Positions 9,733 through 18,649 of a stretch of DNA of 20,000 nucleotides are shown here, one piece after another. Each line of letters begins with the position of its first letter. Within the stretch, counting starts at the first letter, position 1. The notes beneath the pieces are model-generated. The model was not told the origin of the DNA and did not search any database. It saw only the letters and a list, made by a program, of their open reading frames with translations. The stretch lies in the IMG/VR virus record IMGVR_UViG_3300008448_014394, one strand, 5' to 3'. This stretch comes from an uncultured virus (IMG/VR IMGVR_UViG_3300008448_014394). Lineage: Duplodnaviria; Heunggongvirae; Uroviricota; Caudoviricetes. The position numbers were made by a program, and so were the translations under genes.

Positions 9733-9738
9733 TCCTTA
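9733..9738 (-). promoter_or_regulatory. Shine-Dalgarno-like site (TAAGGA) overlapping the gp25-like TAA stop, serving the J ATG at 9726
   Basis: Minus strand reads GCA TAA GGA AAAATC ATG; 6-nt spacing. Confidence 0.65.
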
Positions 9739-10167
9739 TGCTATTCTAACGGTTACAGACTCTGTAACTGTAGATAGTGCGCCAGTTTGTACAGAAATAA
9801 ATATACTGTATAGCCTTGGATCAATTGTATCTCTTTCTGCCGAAATATTTAAAATACTTACGATCCTTTCTGATGGAGATAGGAATTGTCTTTGTGATTG
9901 GCTTTTTTGTAGAGCCATAATTTTTCTAATTGCATCTTCTACTGATGCCTTCATATCTATTTCTAATAGATCTTTATCTACTGAATAACCTATATCTAAA
10001 GCTCCAACATTGCTACCATAACTTTGATGAAATTTATTCTCACCAAGCTTAGTCAGCATGATTTTTACTATATCTTGCCTTAGCTTATAGTTTTCAGTGA
10101 CGATAGCTAGGCTACCATCTGTTGCTATTTTGATATCCCCACCCTCTATTTTTAAATCAAAAGACAT
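9736..10167 (-). CDS. gp25/gpW-like baseplate wedge (sheath initiation) protein, ~143 aa; alternative start at 10185 gives 149 aa
   Basis: DLKIEGGDI...KLRQDIVKIMLTKLGENKFHQSYGSNV matches the GPW_gp25 pattern (L.Q.I...L.T..GE..F.P.YGS). Size and position directly before J fit. Start at the second ATG (MSFDLK, GGA 7 nt upstream) is my preference, not proven. Confidence 0.85.
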   Translation of the reverse strand: MSFDLKIEGGDIKIATDGSLAIVTENYKLRQDIVKIMLTKLGENKFHQSYGSNVGALDIGYSVDKDLLEIDMKASVEDAIRKIMALQKSQSQRQFLSPSERIVSILNISAERDTIDPRLYSIFISVQTGALSTVTESVTVRIA

Positions 10168-10249
10168 AGAATTATCCAGCCTCATACTATTTTGTTAAAA
10201 ATAATAGAAAGAGGTGAATAAAAGTGGGCAAATTATTAGCTATATAAAA

Positions 10250-12343
10250 TTATTCTGGCTCTTCCTCTGTGGTTGTTGCACTAGATTCATTGGTATTTCT
10301 TGCATCAGTGTTTGATAATCCAAATTTAAATAATTGATAGCCCTGATAAATTAAATCTGTTAATTCATTAACAGATGGAACTACATCCTTTTTTCTTCTG
10401 GATCTAGGTATTAAGCTTTTAAAGTCACCGTTCTTCATTCTTTCAAACTGTGTTTGTGTTAATAGTCCTAAAAGTGAATCTTCTGATATAGTAAATAAAG
10501 CTAGGCAGAATACTGCAATATCTAATGTCCCAATTCCTATGTCTGTTCCGAGGGTGATGCCTACCTCACCGGTAAGTTCGTCTATAACTGTCCTTGCTCG
10601 CTCATCTCTTTGGCGGGTTATTTTGGCAAGTTCTTCATCTATTCTTTTTCTTGGAACATCAACAATGTTTATTAATCCGCTCATCATGTGTGAAGAGTAT
10701 ATTCCGGAAGTTCTTTGGGTTTGAAATTGCAAATCCAAAACTTCTTTTTCATTTTGAGATAAGAAAAATAAAAGTGAGTCTTCAACTAGCTTTTGGTTTT
10801 GAAGATTTACTAATGTAGACTCCGAAATTTCATCTTCTTGTCTTTCGGCCTGCGTCTCTGCTTCAGAATTTTGATCAGCATCTCCAGCAGATTCCTGATT
10901 TTGATCAGCCAGATCGGTTGTTACACTTTGATCATCAGTAGGTGTAGTTGGGGCCTGCTCCTCTTCCACTACATCTGCCCCAGTAATACCAGTCTCATTC
11001 CTGCTTAAGCTTACAGTGTATAAATTTGATGTAGCTAGAGGCCTTCTTTCTGCCGCTCCTGGATCCTGACTCTCTGGAGCTGGATATCTTTTGGCTTTGT
11101 CAATTTCATTTATTAAAGCATCTATATCGTAAACCATCTTTGTTGATAGTGCCATGATTGCACATTTAAGTCTAACAATAAATAGTGCTTCTAATATACC
11201 ATAATCATCTGTGGTAACTGTAGCATCACCTACAGTAATTTCCTTTAAAGCTCCTGGGTTTTCTGGATCAGAATATAAAGAATTTGTACCTGTAATTTTA
11301 TCAAGACGGATTCTAATTATACTTTCTAACAGCGACCCCTTAACTGTATTAGAGTTGACTTTTTTCATAAAGTTATTTGCAAATGGCGGGGCCACAAGCT
11401 TTTCTGGTTCATTTACTGTTATAGATACTTTGGGGTCCTGAACTGGTGGAAATAGTAAGTAGCAAAACTTATACATATCCTTACTCATTTCTTGTATATT
11501 TGCAGTTCTTGTAGCGGGATCTGTACCTGGAATTGGTGCTGCAGCCAATCTAGAAGGATCTACGAACTGCTTTGAAATTGGATTAACGAAAGGATTATCT
11601 GTACCACTAACTCTTGAAAGCTCTTTAAGATCCTGAACCTGCCGGGTAATATCCTGAGAAGTAGTGGTGCCTTGTGATACAACATCGTTATATACTTTTC
11701 CATCAGCGTATCTAAATGATAATAAATTTGCCTTTTCCTCAAGTGAAAATGATTCAATATTAATTTTATCAGGAATGATAATTGTTGCCGTAGAATCCGC
11801 TGTAATATCATAAATGCTATTGTCTATAATAAAAGTCCGACTCCCTGGAGGCTGATTTCGCTGATAGAATATATTAGTATCAACTAGTCTAATATTTTGC
11901 TCTTCAAGCGCTCCAGTTATTGGATTTAAAATTTTCAATACGGTATCTGGAGAAACTCTGTGAACATCTCCACTTACTGCATTCTGATCAAAAGAGATGC
12001 ATGGCATACCCAACATTCTTAAGAAGGTATTCTCATAAGATTCCTTACTACCAACATTTGACTGAATATCTTGAATTAGTTGAGATCCATCTTCTTCAGT
12101 TGCATTTGTTAAGAAGAAGTCTGCAGGAAAATAGGATGATCGCATATTTCTAATTGACTGAGAAATATTTAAAAACTGATTAGAGATTTCCTTTCTAGAT
12201 GTATCAACGGTATAGGCTCTTGCTAGACCATCCTCCGTTAAGTATCTGTAAACATCAAATCCTTCTTGCTGCACCTTTTTATCTATACCATAAGATGCAG
12301 AAAGTACTTTTTGAGCTTGGTTAATTCTAGTTGTTAAATCCAT
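10250..12343 (-). CDS. Hypothetical protein, 697 aa, probably virion/baseplate-associated; acidic low-complexity linker and C-terminal Gly-rich hydrophobic segment
   Basis: Long ORF in the operon. The ATG at 12343 overlaps the upstream TGA by 1 nt (TGATG) and has GGAG 5 nt upstream, so it is preferred over the TTG at 12346. No family recognised. Confidence 0.8.
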   Translation of the reverse strand: MDLTTRINQAQKVLSASYGIDKKVQQEGFDVYRYLTEDGLARAYTVDTSRKEISNQFLNISQSIRNMRSSYFPADFFLTNATEEDGSQLIQDIQSNVGSKESYENTFLRMLGMPCISFDQNAVSGDVHRVSPDTVLKILNPITGALEEQNIRLVDTNIFYQRNQPPGSRTFIIDNSIYDITADSTATIIIPDKINIESFSLEEKANLLSFRYADGKVYNDVVSQGTTTSQDITRQVQDLKELSRVSGTDNPFVNPISKQFVDPSRLAAAPIPGTDPATRTANIQEMSKDMYKFCYLLFPPVQDPKVSITVNEPEKLVAPPFANNFMKKVNSNTVKGSLLESIIRIRLDKITGTNSLYSDPENPGALKEITVGDATVTTDDYGILEALFIVRLKCAIMALSTKMVYDIDALINEIDKAKRYPAPESQDPGAAERRPLATSNLYTVSLSRNETGITGADVVEEEQAPTTPTDDQSVTTDLADQNQESAGDADQNSEAETQAERQEDEISESTLVNLQNQKLVEDSLLFFLSQNEKEVLDLQFQTQRTSGIYSSHMMSGLINIVDVPRKRIDEELAKITRQRDERARTVIDELTGEVGITLGTDIGIGTLDIAVFCLALFTISEDSLLGLLTQTQFERMKNGDFKSLIPRSRRKKDVVPSVNELTDLIYQGYQLFKFGLSNTDARNTNESSATTTEEEPE

Positions 12344-15300
12344 CAATTCTCCAGTGATGTTCCAAATTGTTGCGGATCTGTAATTATATCATCATCATTC
12401 TTTATCTTAGAGATCTTATTACCCTTAGCATTAATAAAGTATACACTTAATACTCTATCTACCTTAGATAATATGTTTATATTTGTTTGATTTGTATTTT
12501 GTACTATTTGCTCTACGCAACCTTCTTCAACCTCTGTTGTTGTAGTTGAGGTGGAAGAACTCTGATATATTAAAGCCTCAACTGTTCTATCGCATATCTT
12601 GCAGCTAATCTGCACCTCTCCAGGTTTAGAAGAAGTTAGTTTTGCAATGTATTTATCACCCTGCTTCTCAACCGACAATCCATTAGAATAGCTGATTAAT
12701 CTTGCATCGCCCGTTTCATCTTTCTTAATCTTGACAGATATTCTACCAGAAAAATCTCCAACAAGTACTTCGTTGTAAATGTCTCTTGGAATTATTTCTA
12801 TTGTTGCAATCTCTCCAGTTTCAACGATTCCGTTATCTCCAATCCCTGCTGCATACTCACTAGCACCAAGGTATCTACTTGTTGACCTTGGAAATCCCTG
12901 CAATATTTGCGTTGATACAGATCCATCAACATATCCACTTCTTGGTGTAAAATCTGAATCATTTAAGATTTTAAATGAGGTATTTAATCCGTTTATTGCA
13001 AACCTACATATATTGTTTGCAGCATCATTTATACACTGAATAGTCTCGTCATTTTGCTGCTGCAAGAATGGAATCTGTGATTGCTGTAAAGATTCCAATG
13101 TTTCAGGAGTTCTATTTCTAATTCTAGCAACATAGTCATTAAGATTGCTCTGCCAATTTTGAAAACAAATTTGAGCCTGACCAACTATATCTATTATATC
13201 CTGAGAATTATCTTCCTCTAGTGGGAAGCTATTTATAGAGGAAGTTACGCAGTATTGCTGTAGCTGATCTCTTATTGACCTCATATCAAAGAAGTAAAGC
13301 TGAGGAAAGTCATATACTTTTATCTCTTCACCATCTTCTGTAAAATCATCATCTTTAGAGAATTTAAGTTTTGGAGCAGCCTGTGTATTGATTATTTTGG
13401 TTTCAATTTTGTCCACATAACCATCAGCATTAAACTTGATACCCTCTTCCTGTACGAAGTATACATTTAACTCATCATCCAATAGGCACATCATGGGGAT
13501 ATTATCAAAAGTTCTAGTGAATCTTTCTGATCCAATCTGTGTCACAGATCCAGAATCAGGATCTATTTCATTGATTGGAACTTCAAACTCTAGATATAGT
13601 GGCTTTACAGATGCAACCTTCTTATCAGAATCTACAACTAAAAATTCTTCTCCATCTATTGGGCTATACATATTCCCAAAGCTTGCTACCTTTAGGTAAA
13701 TTCCGCTCTTTTCAAATAGAGCCATGTGGTTGTCGATTGTTTGATTTGGGTCTATATTTACTTTTCTTAATGCTGTAGTCTTTCCTTTCTCATCAAAAAT
13801 AAAATTACACTTACCACTCTTGTTCCCATTCTTTTTGGTCTTTGTAAAAGAAGATGAAAAGGATACATTAAACCCATAAGATGTTCCGCGCAAAGAATCT
13901 GTTTCTACTCCAATAGAGTCATAATAAGTTTGCCCAGAGTTATTTGCAACTATATCTCCAACCTCATACTCTATAGGAGTCTCAGTTGATCCATTTACAT
14001 CCTGAGTGTAAAATTGAGCTATTGGTAATAACTTTTCTGGAAGTATTTCTGAATCAACAGCTACTGTATCTGAAATCCAACCACCAAGTATTGAACCATC
14101 AACCCCGCAGTCTAGAGCATCTTCTCCAGCTGTAATCGTACAAGGAAATCTAAATACTAAACCTAGCAACTCCAAGAAGATTGAGAGTATAGAAACAATG
14201 GGGTCTAAAATCTTGATGTCAAGCTCTAGGCCATTTAAAAATTCTTCTATTGTCTCTTCAATTTCTTTTACAGTTCTAAGTGAAACAGGGGCTCGTCCTG
14301 CATAAATTAGATCCAGAATTAAGTTTTCAATAGATCTTATTGTCAGTAGAATTTTTTCAAAAACGCATTCAACCAACTTTATAGCGTGCAATAATAATTG
14401 CAATAACATAACTGGGACTGATAATATTGGTATTAAAGCAACTAAGTCTAGGAGTCCTTCGAAAAGTCTAATTATTGCTTTACCTAACTTAACTGGATTT
14501 AATAGAGAACATATTACGTCAATTATGCTAAATATGACTTGAATTGGGGTCATTAAAGTTCTGAAGCCATTGAGAGAATACTTAAGTTCTTTTGCTAGCT
14601 CAAATGAGTAATCGCAAAAGCTTCTAATTATTTCTTTGGCTGGCATTGGCAAATCTAACTTAATATTGGCTAATCTTAATGGAACACTCTTAATGGCTTC
14701 TATTAATTCGTTAGATTGCGGAACTCCATCTGTATATTCCTCTGAGTTATCTAATAATTCTTGATAAGATTCTCCCACATCATATATGGCGTCATATTCT
14801 GTAGAATTATTTGTAGATGCACAAATAACTGTTGTATTTCCAGTTATCTTGCTTGCAACTTCTTCTGTAATAGATATTGTTGCAACGTAGTTCCCATTAT
14901 CTAGAGGCTCTGGTTTTTCATCTGGAACTAATACTACATCATTTATGATGATTGAAAAGCTTTTATCTAAATCAGATACTTCAAACTTATACTTATCATT
15001 TGCTACAAGCTCAAGTGGCTTGGTTAGGTCTACATCTTCTGATTGAGAGTTAGAAACTTTATAAGCTTTAATTATTTTTGGAACCTTATATTCTAAAGAG
15101 AACAGTCCATAATTAAAAATTTTAAAAAATAAAAGAGCATAATCCTTATCCGCTTCAGGATAGTAATCAGAATAAAGTACAAAGCAGTTAGAGTCGAAGA
15201 CTGCATTAGTAGGAATTGATAAAGTAAAACGATCAATAGTTGAAATATTTTCTCTTTTAAAATTTCCGAATATAACTTCTTCTTTTGAATCTAATTTCAA

Positions 15301-18300
15301 GTTTAAATCTGTGGATGGGATGATAGTTAATGGCTGTAATGTTTTATATTCATATTGCTTTGTTAAAAATGAAAATTTGTAATTATAATTTGGATATATT
15401 ACATCAACTATTCCGGTTATACTTTCAGATATTGCGGTTGTAATAAAACCACTATCATTATCTAGATTTCTATCTTTAAAATAACTTACATCATAAACTG
15501 GATATTTTGTTATATCAGAAAGAGTTATTAGTGAGCCATCGTCATTTATTGTAAAATTGTATAAGTTATCATCTGCGACATTGTTATATTTTAGTATTGC
15601 TGTACCCTGAGTATAAGTACCTTTTGCATTTATTTGGTTAGTATTTTTTGTAGGCTTTACAACTAAAGAAAAGTTAGATATTCCTGAATTTTTAACGCTA
15701 ACATTTTTATAATGCAGTATGGCTTTACCATCCCCAACATTCTTGACGGAACACTTTTTTAATTTCTTATCTATTTTCTCATCGCCCAAATATACATCAT
15801 AATTTTTAAAAATTTTATGATCATCTACACAAGGAACTATGACGCATAAGTTCCTTATCTTCCCTTTTACATATATACTTTGCTTAAGAAAATCTTTTTC
15901 AGCTCCAAATATATCATTAAATGTTCCATCAGGGTATTCTGCCTTTCCGAAGGTGGACTGGATTATTCCAGTATCATCTTCTAGTGCTATACCCAGAATA
16001 GAATAGTCAGGAAGGAATGCTGGCTTTTTATTCTCAGAGTCTCCAAGCTTAATTGCATCACAGTTTAGAATTTCTTTGCCTATACTAGCAACCTTTATTT
16101 CTGGTATTCCTGAATCTCTAGATGCATAGAATTCTAGGTCACTTAATTTTCTATCAGTGATGATTAGGTACGCTTCATTTATCCATTCTAACGATGAGAA
16201 ATTGAAACAACTGTATTTATTACCTGGAAATTTAAGCGTTGCTCTTTCTGATATAAGACTATAAAAATCCGAAGTTGGATTAAAATCTAATTCATAAAAT
16301 ATATCAATTGGAACTAGCAAGCTACTTAAAAAGTATCCTGTCGGACCTAATATATTTGATACTTTAAAAACCCTATCTGGAAAAGAAAAGGGACTCAATA
16401 ATTTTGTAGCATCAGGTGGATTTATTCCGGATACATTATAATTATTTCCAAGATATTTTACATTAGATGGTAGGCCTATATATGCATAGATTTTTGCACC
16501 ATTTTTAAATACGTTACTTTTTGACTTTATATCAAAACTATAATTAGCCCCACCTTTAAAAATAGGAATTCCACAAATTGGTTTATCACCATTAGTATTT
16601 GAAAATTCTCTAGAGTCGAATGGTGTATTTGGACTTGGCTCAACGGGCACTTCATCATTTATGTCTTGTACTATATAAATTGAAGCATAATTTATAGGTT
16701 TTGAATCAATCGAGCTTATATATACTTTATATCTTTCGTTTTTAACATGTGGTATATAGTAGCTGGGTAAATATAATATAATTTTTTCAGAGCTGACTAC
16801 CTCTACAATATCTTCATTAGTTATAGGTATGCTGAAAGGTTGCTCTATGCTGTCTGCTTTAAAGTATATAATTCCGCCGGACCTATCTAATCTTTTTCCT
16901 ACAATCTCTAGGACATTTTCTTGATTTACTGAAATTCTTTCAGAACCTGCGTATCCGTTTGGATTTACATATTCTACAATCTGAACTCCATCCTCTAGGA
17001 TTACTCCATCCCCAACTACTTTTGATATTTGATTGCAGGAATCTTTTACATATATATTATATTTAAATAGACCATCATTAGATAACTTAACTCCAGCTAT
17101 TTTTTCATATGGCACACTGATTAGATAAGCATCTTCCGATATACTATCTGGGTTCTTTTCTATAGGAACTTCAATTAGTGCTGGAGATATATACTTGTAT
17201 ATCTTTGGCATTTTTGATGCTAGTATATCTATTTTTCCATAAGAGGACAGGGATTGATACTTTTCGTAATTTTTCTTGTCAAACTTATTAGGATTGTATA
17301 ATAATAGCTCAGGACGATTTTTTATTGCTAATATGGTATCAGTACTGCAATTTAAAAAATCACTGTCTATTGAGTCAATTTTAATTAGCGGATAGTCTTT
17401 ATCAAGATAAGAAGACGCTTTATAAACTGATCCACTTAAGGATGATAAATATTTTTCAGATTTTTCAATAGCCTTAGATATTGTAGATTTCTGAGAATCT
17501 TCATAATAAATAATTCCATCCCTTCCATCCTCAAGTCCTCTGGTTAGAAGTGGAAAGCAGAATGGCTCAATATCTCCACTGCTATAGTTTACATATTTAC
17601 TACTTCCAATTGCCGGGATATCTAATTCATCAATTATAACTGGAGAAAGATATGCTTTCATTCCCTCTTTATAATTTGTAATATTAAGTTCAATATTTAC
17701 AACTTCTCCTGGAACTGGAAATAAAAATGACTGAGGAGATTCAAATGATGCATTTGGTGGGATCATAAAGTTTTTTAAAGGGATTCTAGTGGTTGCGCCT
17801 TCACTATCAACCTCTATAAAAAGCCTACTTTCGTCAGTTAAAAATCCTGAAGCCAGTTGTTGATATGATCTTCCAGATAAGTCTGGTAATTTTATAAAAA
17901 ACTTCTTATCCCTAATGGTGTAATAACCACCAATTATTAATTCTTCATTTGTTGAAACTAGGCTAGCATCAGAGACATTTAATATTGGAAACATCTCTAA
18001 AGCTAAATCCGTGGCATTCTTTTCTAAAAGATTGGGATCTGCTGAATTTTCCAATAGAGTCTTTAGCTTTATTCCTGCTACACCTATTAAATCAAGAAAT
18101 TTAACTTCATCTGTTTTATAATCACTTATAATTTGTAGGAGCTTCTTTAAGGCATCAAATGGAATATATTTAATCTCGCACATTCTTTGCATTTCTGGGA
18201 CATAAACGTTATTTTGCAGAGCCTCTTCTGTGCCGAGATAATTTGATATATATATCCTTGGAGCCTTTTTTCCACTTTTTAATGTTGAAAATTTCTTCTT

Positions 18301-18642
18301 ATATGATAGATCAAATAATTGCTTATTAATTTCTACATGAAAGTCTAGTAGTGCATTTAATGTTTTATTAAGATTTAGCTTGCCAATACCTTTAGTGATG
18401 TCATTAGATGTAGTCTCAAATAAAGCTGGATCTTCTGTAAGATCCATGTTTAAGCCATCAATACTTATAACTGCTCCACCGGCCATTGGTAAGCAATCAG
18501 AATTTGCAGGAAATTGTATTTTATATTCAGAACTGCAATTATTTGAATGAGCATATCCATCAACAGCTACAACCTGCTCTTTCTCGCATTCTTCAGCTTG
18601 CTTTGTTATTAATTCACTTAAAATAGGGAATTTTGTACTCAT
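12343..18642 (-). CDS. Hypothetical 2099-aa multidomain protein (beta-rich N-terminal two-thirds, hydrophobic helical bundle, invasin/Big_1-like Ig domain near the C-terminus)
   Basis: Uninterrupted 6.3-kb ORF; ATG 7 nt after the upstream stop with AAGGA upstream. Ig-like motif ATIEIIPRDIYN...GDKYIAKLTSSKPGEVQIS. Function inferred only from context. Confidence 0.85.
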   Translation of the reverse strand: MSTKFPILSELITKQAEECEKEQVVAVDGYAHSNNCSSEYKIQFPANSDCLPMAGGAVISIDGLNMDLTEDPALFETTSNDITKGIGKLNLNKTLNALLDFHVEINKQLFDLSYKKKFSTLKSGKKAPRIYISNYLGTEEALQNNVYVPEMQRMCEIKYIPFDALKKLLQIISDYKTDEVKFLDLIGVAGIKLKTLLENSADPNLLEKNATDLALEMFPILNVSDASLVSTNEELIIGGYYTIRDKKFFIKLPDLSGRSYQQLASGFLTDESRLFIEVDSEGATTRIPLKNFMIPPNASFESPQSFLFPVPGEVVNIELNITNYKEGMKAYLSPVIIDELDIPAIGSSKYVNYSSGDIEPFCFPLLTRGLEDGRDGIIYYEDSQKSTISKAIEKSEKYLSSLSGSVYKASSYLDKDYPLIKIDSIDSDFLNCSTDTILAIKNRPELLLYNPNKFDKKNYEKYQSLSSYGKIDILASKMPKIYKYISPALIEVPIEKNPDSISEDAYLISVPYEKIAGVKLSNDGLFKYNIYVKDSCNQISKVVGDGVILEDGVQIVEYVNPNGYAGSERISVNQENVLEIVGKRLDRSGGIIYFKADSIEQPFSIPITNEDIVEVVSSEKIILYLPSYYIPHVKNERYKVYISSIDSKPINYASIYIVQDINDEVPVEPSPNTPFDSREFSNTNGDKPICGIPIFKGGANYSFDIKSKSNVFKNGAKIYAYIGLPSNVKYLGNNYNVSGINPPDATKLLSPFSFPDRVFKVSNILGPTGYFLSSLLVPIDIFYELDFNPTSDFYSLISERATLKFPGNKYSCFNFSSLEWINEAYLIITDRKLSDLEFYASRDSGIPEIKVASIGKEILNCDAIKLGDSENKKPAFLPDYSILGIALEDDTGIIQSTFGKAEYPDGTFNDIFGAEKDFLKQSIYVKGKIRNLCVIVPCVDDHKIFKNYDVYLGDEKIDKKLKKCSVKNVGDGKAILHYKNVSVKNSGISNFSLVVKPTKNTNQINAKGTYTQGTAILKYNNVADDNLYNFTINDDGSLITLSDITKYPVYDVSYFKDRNLDNDSGFITTAISESITGIVDVIYPNYNYKFSFLTKQYEYKTLQPLTIIPSTDLNLKLDSKEEVIFGNFKRENISTIDRFTLSIPTNAVFDSNCFVLYSDYYPEADKDYALLFFKIFNYGLFSLEYKVPKIIKAYKVSNSQSEDVDLTKPLELVANDKYKFEVSDLDKSFSIIINDVVLVPDEKPEPLDNGNYVATISITEEVASKITGNTTVICASTNNSTEYDAIYDVGESYQELLDNSEEYTDGVPQSNELIEAIKSVPLRLANIKLDLPMPAKEIIRSFCDYSFELAKELKYSLNGFRTLMTPIQVIFSIIDVICSLLNPVKLGKAIIRLFEGLLDLVALIPILSVPVMLLQLLLHAIKLVECVFEKILLTIRSIENLILDLIYAGRAPVSLRTVKEIEETIEEFLNGLELDIKILDPIVSILSIFLELLGLVFRFPCTITAGEDALDCGVDGSILGGWISDTVAVDSEILPEKLLPIAQFYTQDVNGSTETPIEYEVGDIVANNSGQTYYDSIGVETDSLRGTSYGFNVSFSSSFTKTKKNGNKSGKCNFIFDEKGKTTALRKVNIDPNQTIDNHMALFEKSGIYLKVASFGNMYSPIDGEEFLVVDSDKKVASVKPLYLEFEVPINEIDPDSGSVTQIGSERFTRTFDNIPMMCLLDDELNVYFVQEEGIKFNADGYVDKIETKIINTQAAPKLKFSKDDDFTEDGEEIKVYDFPQLYFFDMRSIRDQLQQYCVTSSINSFPLEEDNSQDIIDIVGQAQICFQNWQSNLNDYVARIRNRTPETLESLQQSQIPFLQQQNDETIQCINDAANNICRFAINGLNTSFKILNDSDFTPRSGYVDGSVSTQILQGFPRSTSRYLGASEYAAGIGDNGIVETGEIATIEIIPRDIYNEVLVGDFSGRISVKIKKDETGDARLISYSNGLSVEKQGDKYIAKLTSSKPGEVQISCKICDRTVEALIYQSSSTSTTTTEVEEGCVEQIVQNTNQTNINILSKVDRVLSVYFINAKGNKISKIKNDDDIITDPQQFGTSLEN
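12349..12352 (-). promoter_or_regulatory. Shine-Dalgarno (GGAG) for the 697-aa gene, embedded in the last codons of the 2099-aa gene
   Basis: Minus strand reads CTGGAGAATTGATG. Confidence 0.6.
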
Positions 18643-18649
18643 GCTAAGA

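Noticed and set aside
6409..10185. Type VI secretion system assignment (TssE/TssF/TssG)
   Set aside because: The J protein has phage-type Baseplate_J motifs rather than TssF features, and no TssK/J/L/M, ClpV or Hcp genes are in the window.
10860..10935. Short DNA repeats (ttttgatcagc twice) as a repeat array, CRISPR or DGR element
   Set aside because: Only two short copies, explained by ADQN peptides in a low-complexity linker; no spacer periodicity and no RT or cas gene.
11560..11811. 83-aa minus-strand ORF in an alternative frame
   Set aside because: Nested out of frame inside the 697-aa gene with no recognisable features.
12344..12346. TTG start for the 698-aa ORF
   Set aside because: The next codon is ATG with GGAG at 5-nt spacing and a classic TGATG overlap.
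1019..13778. All short plus-strand ORFs in the track (61-124 aa)
   Set aside because: They lie antisense to long minus-strand genes, show no recognisable motifs, and have the composition of shadow ORFs.
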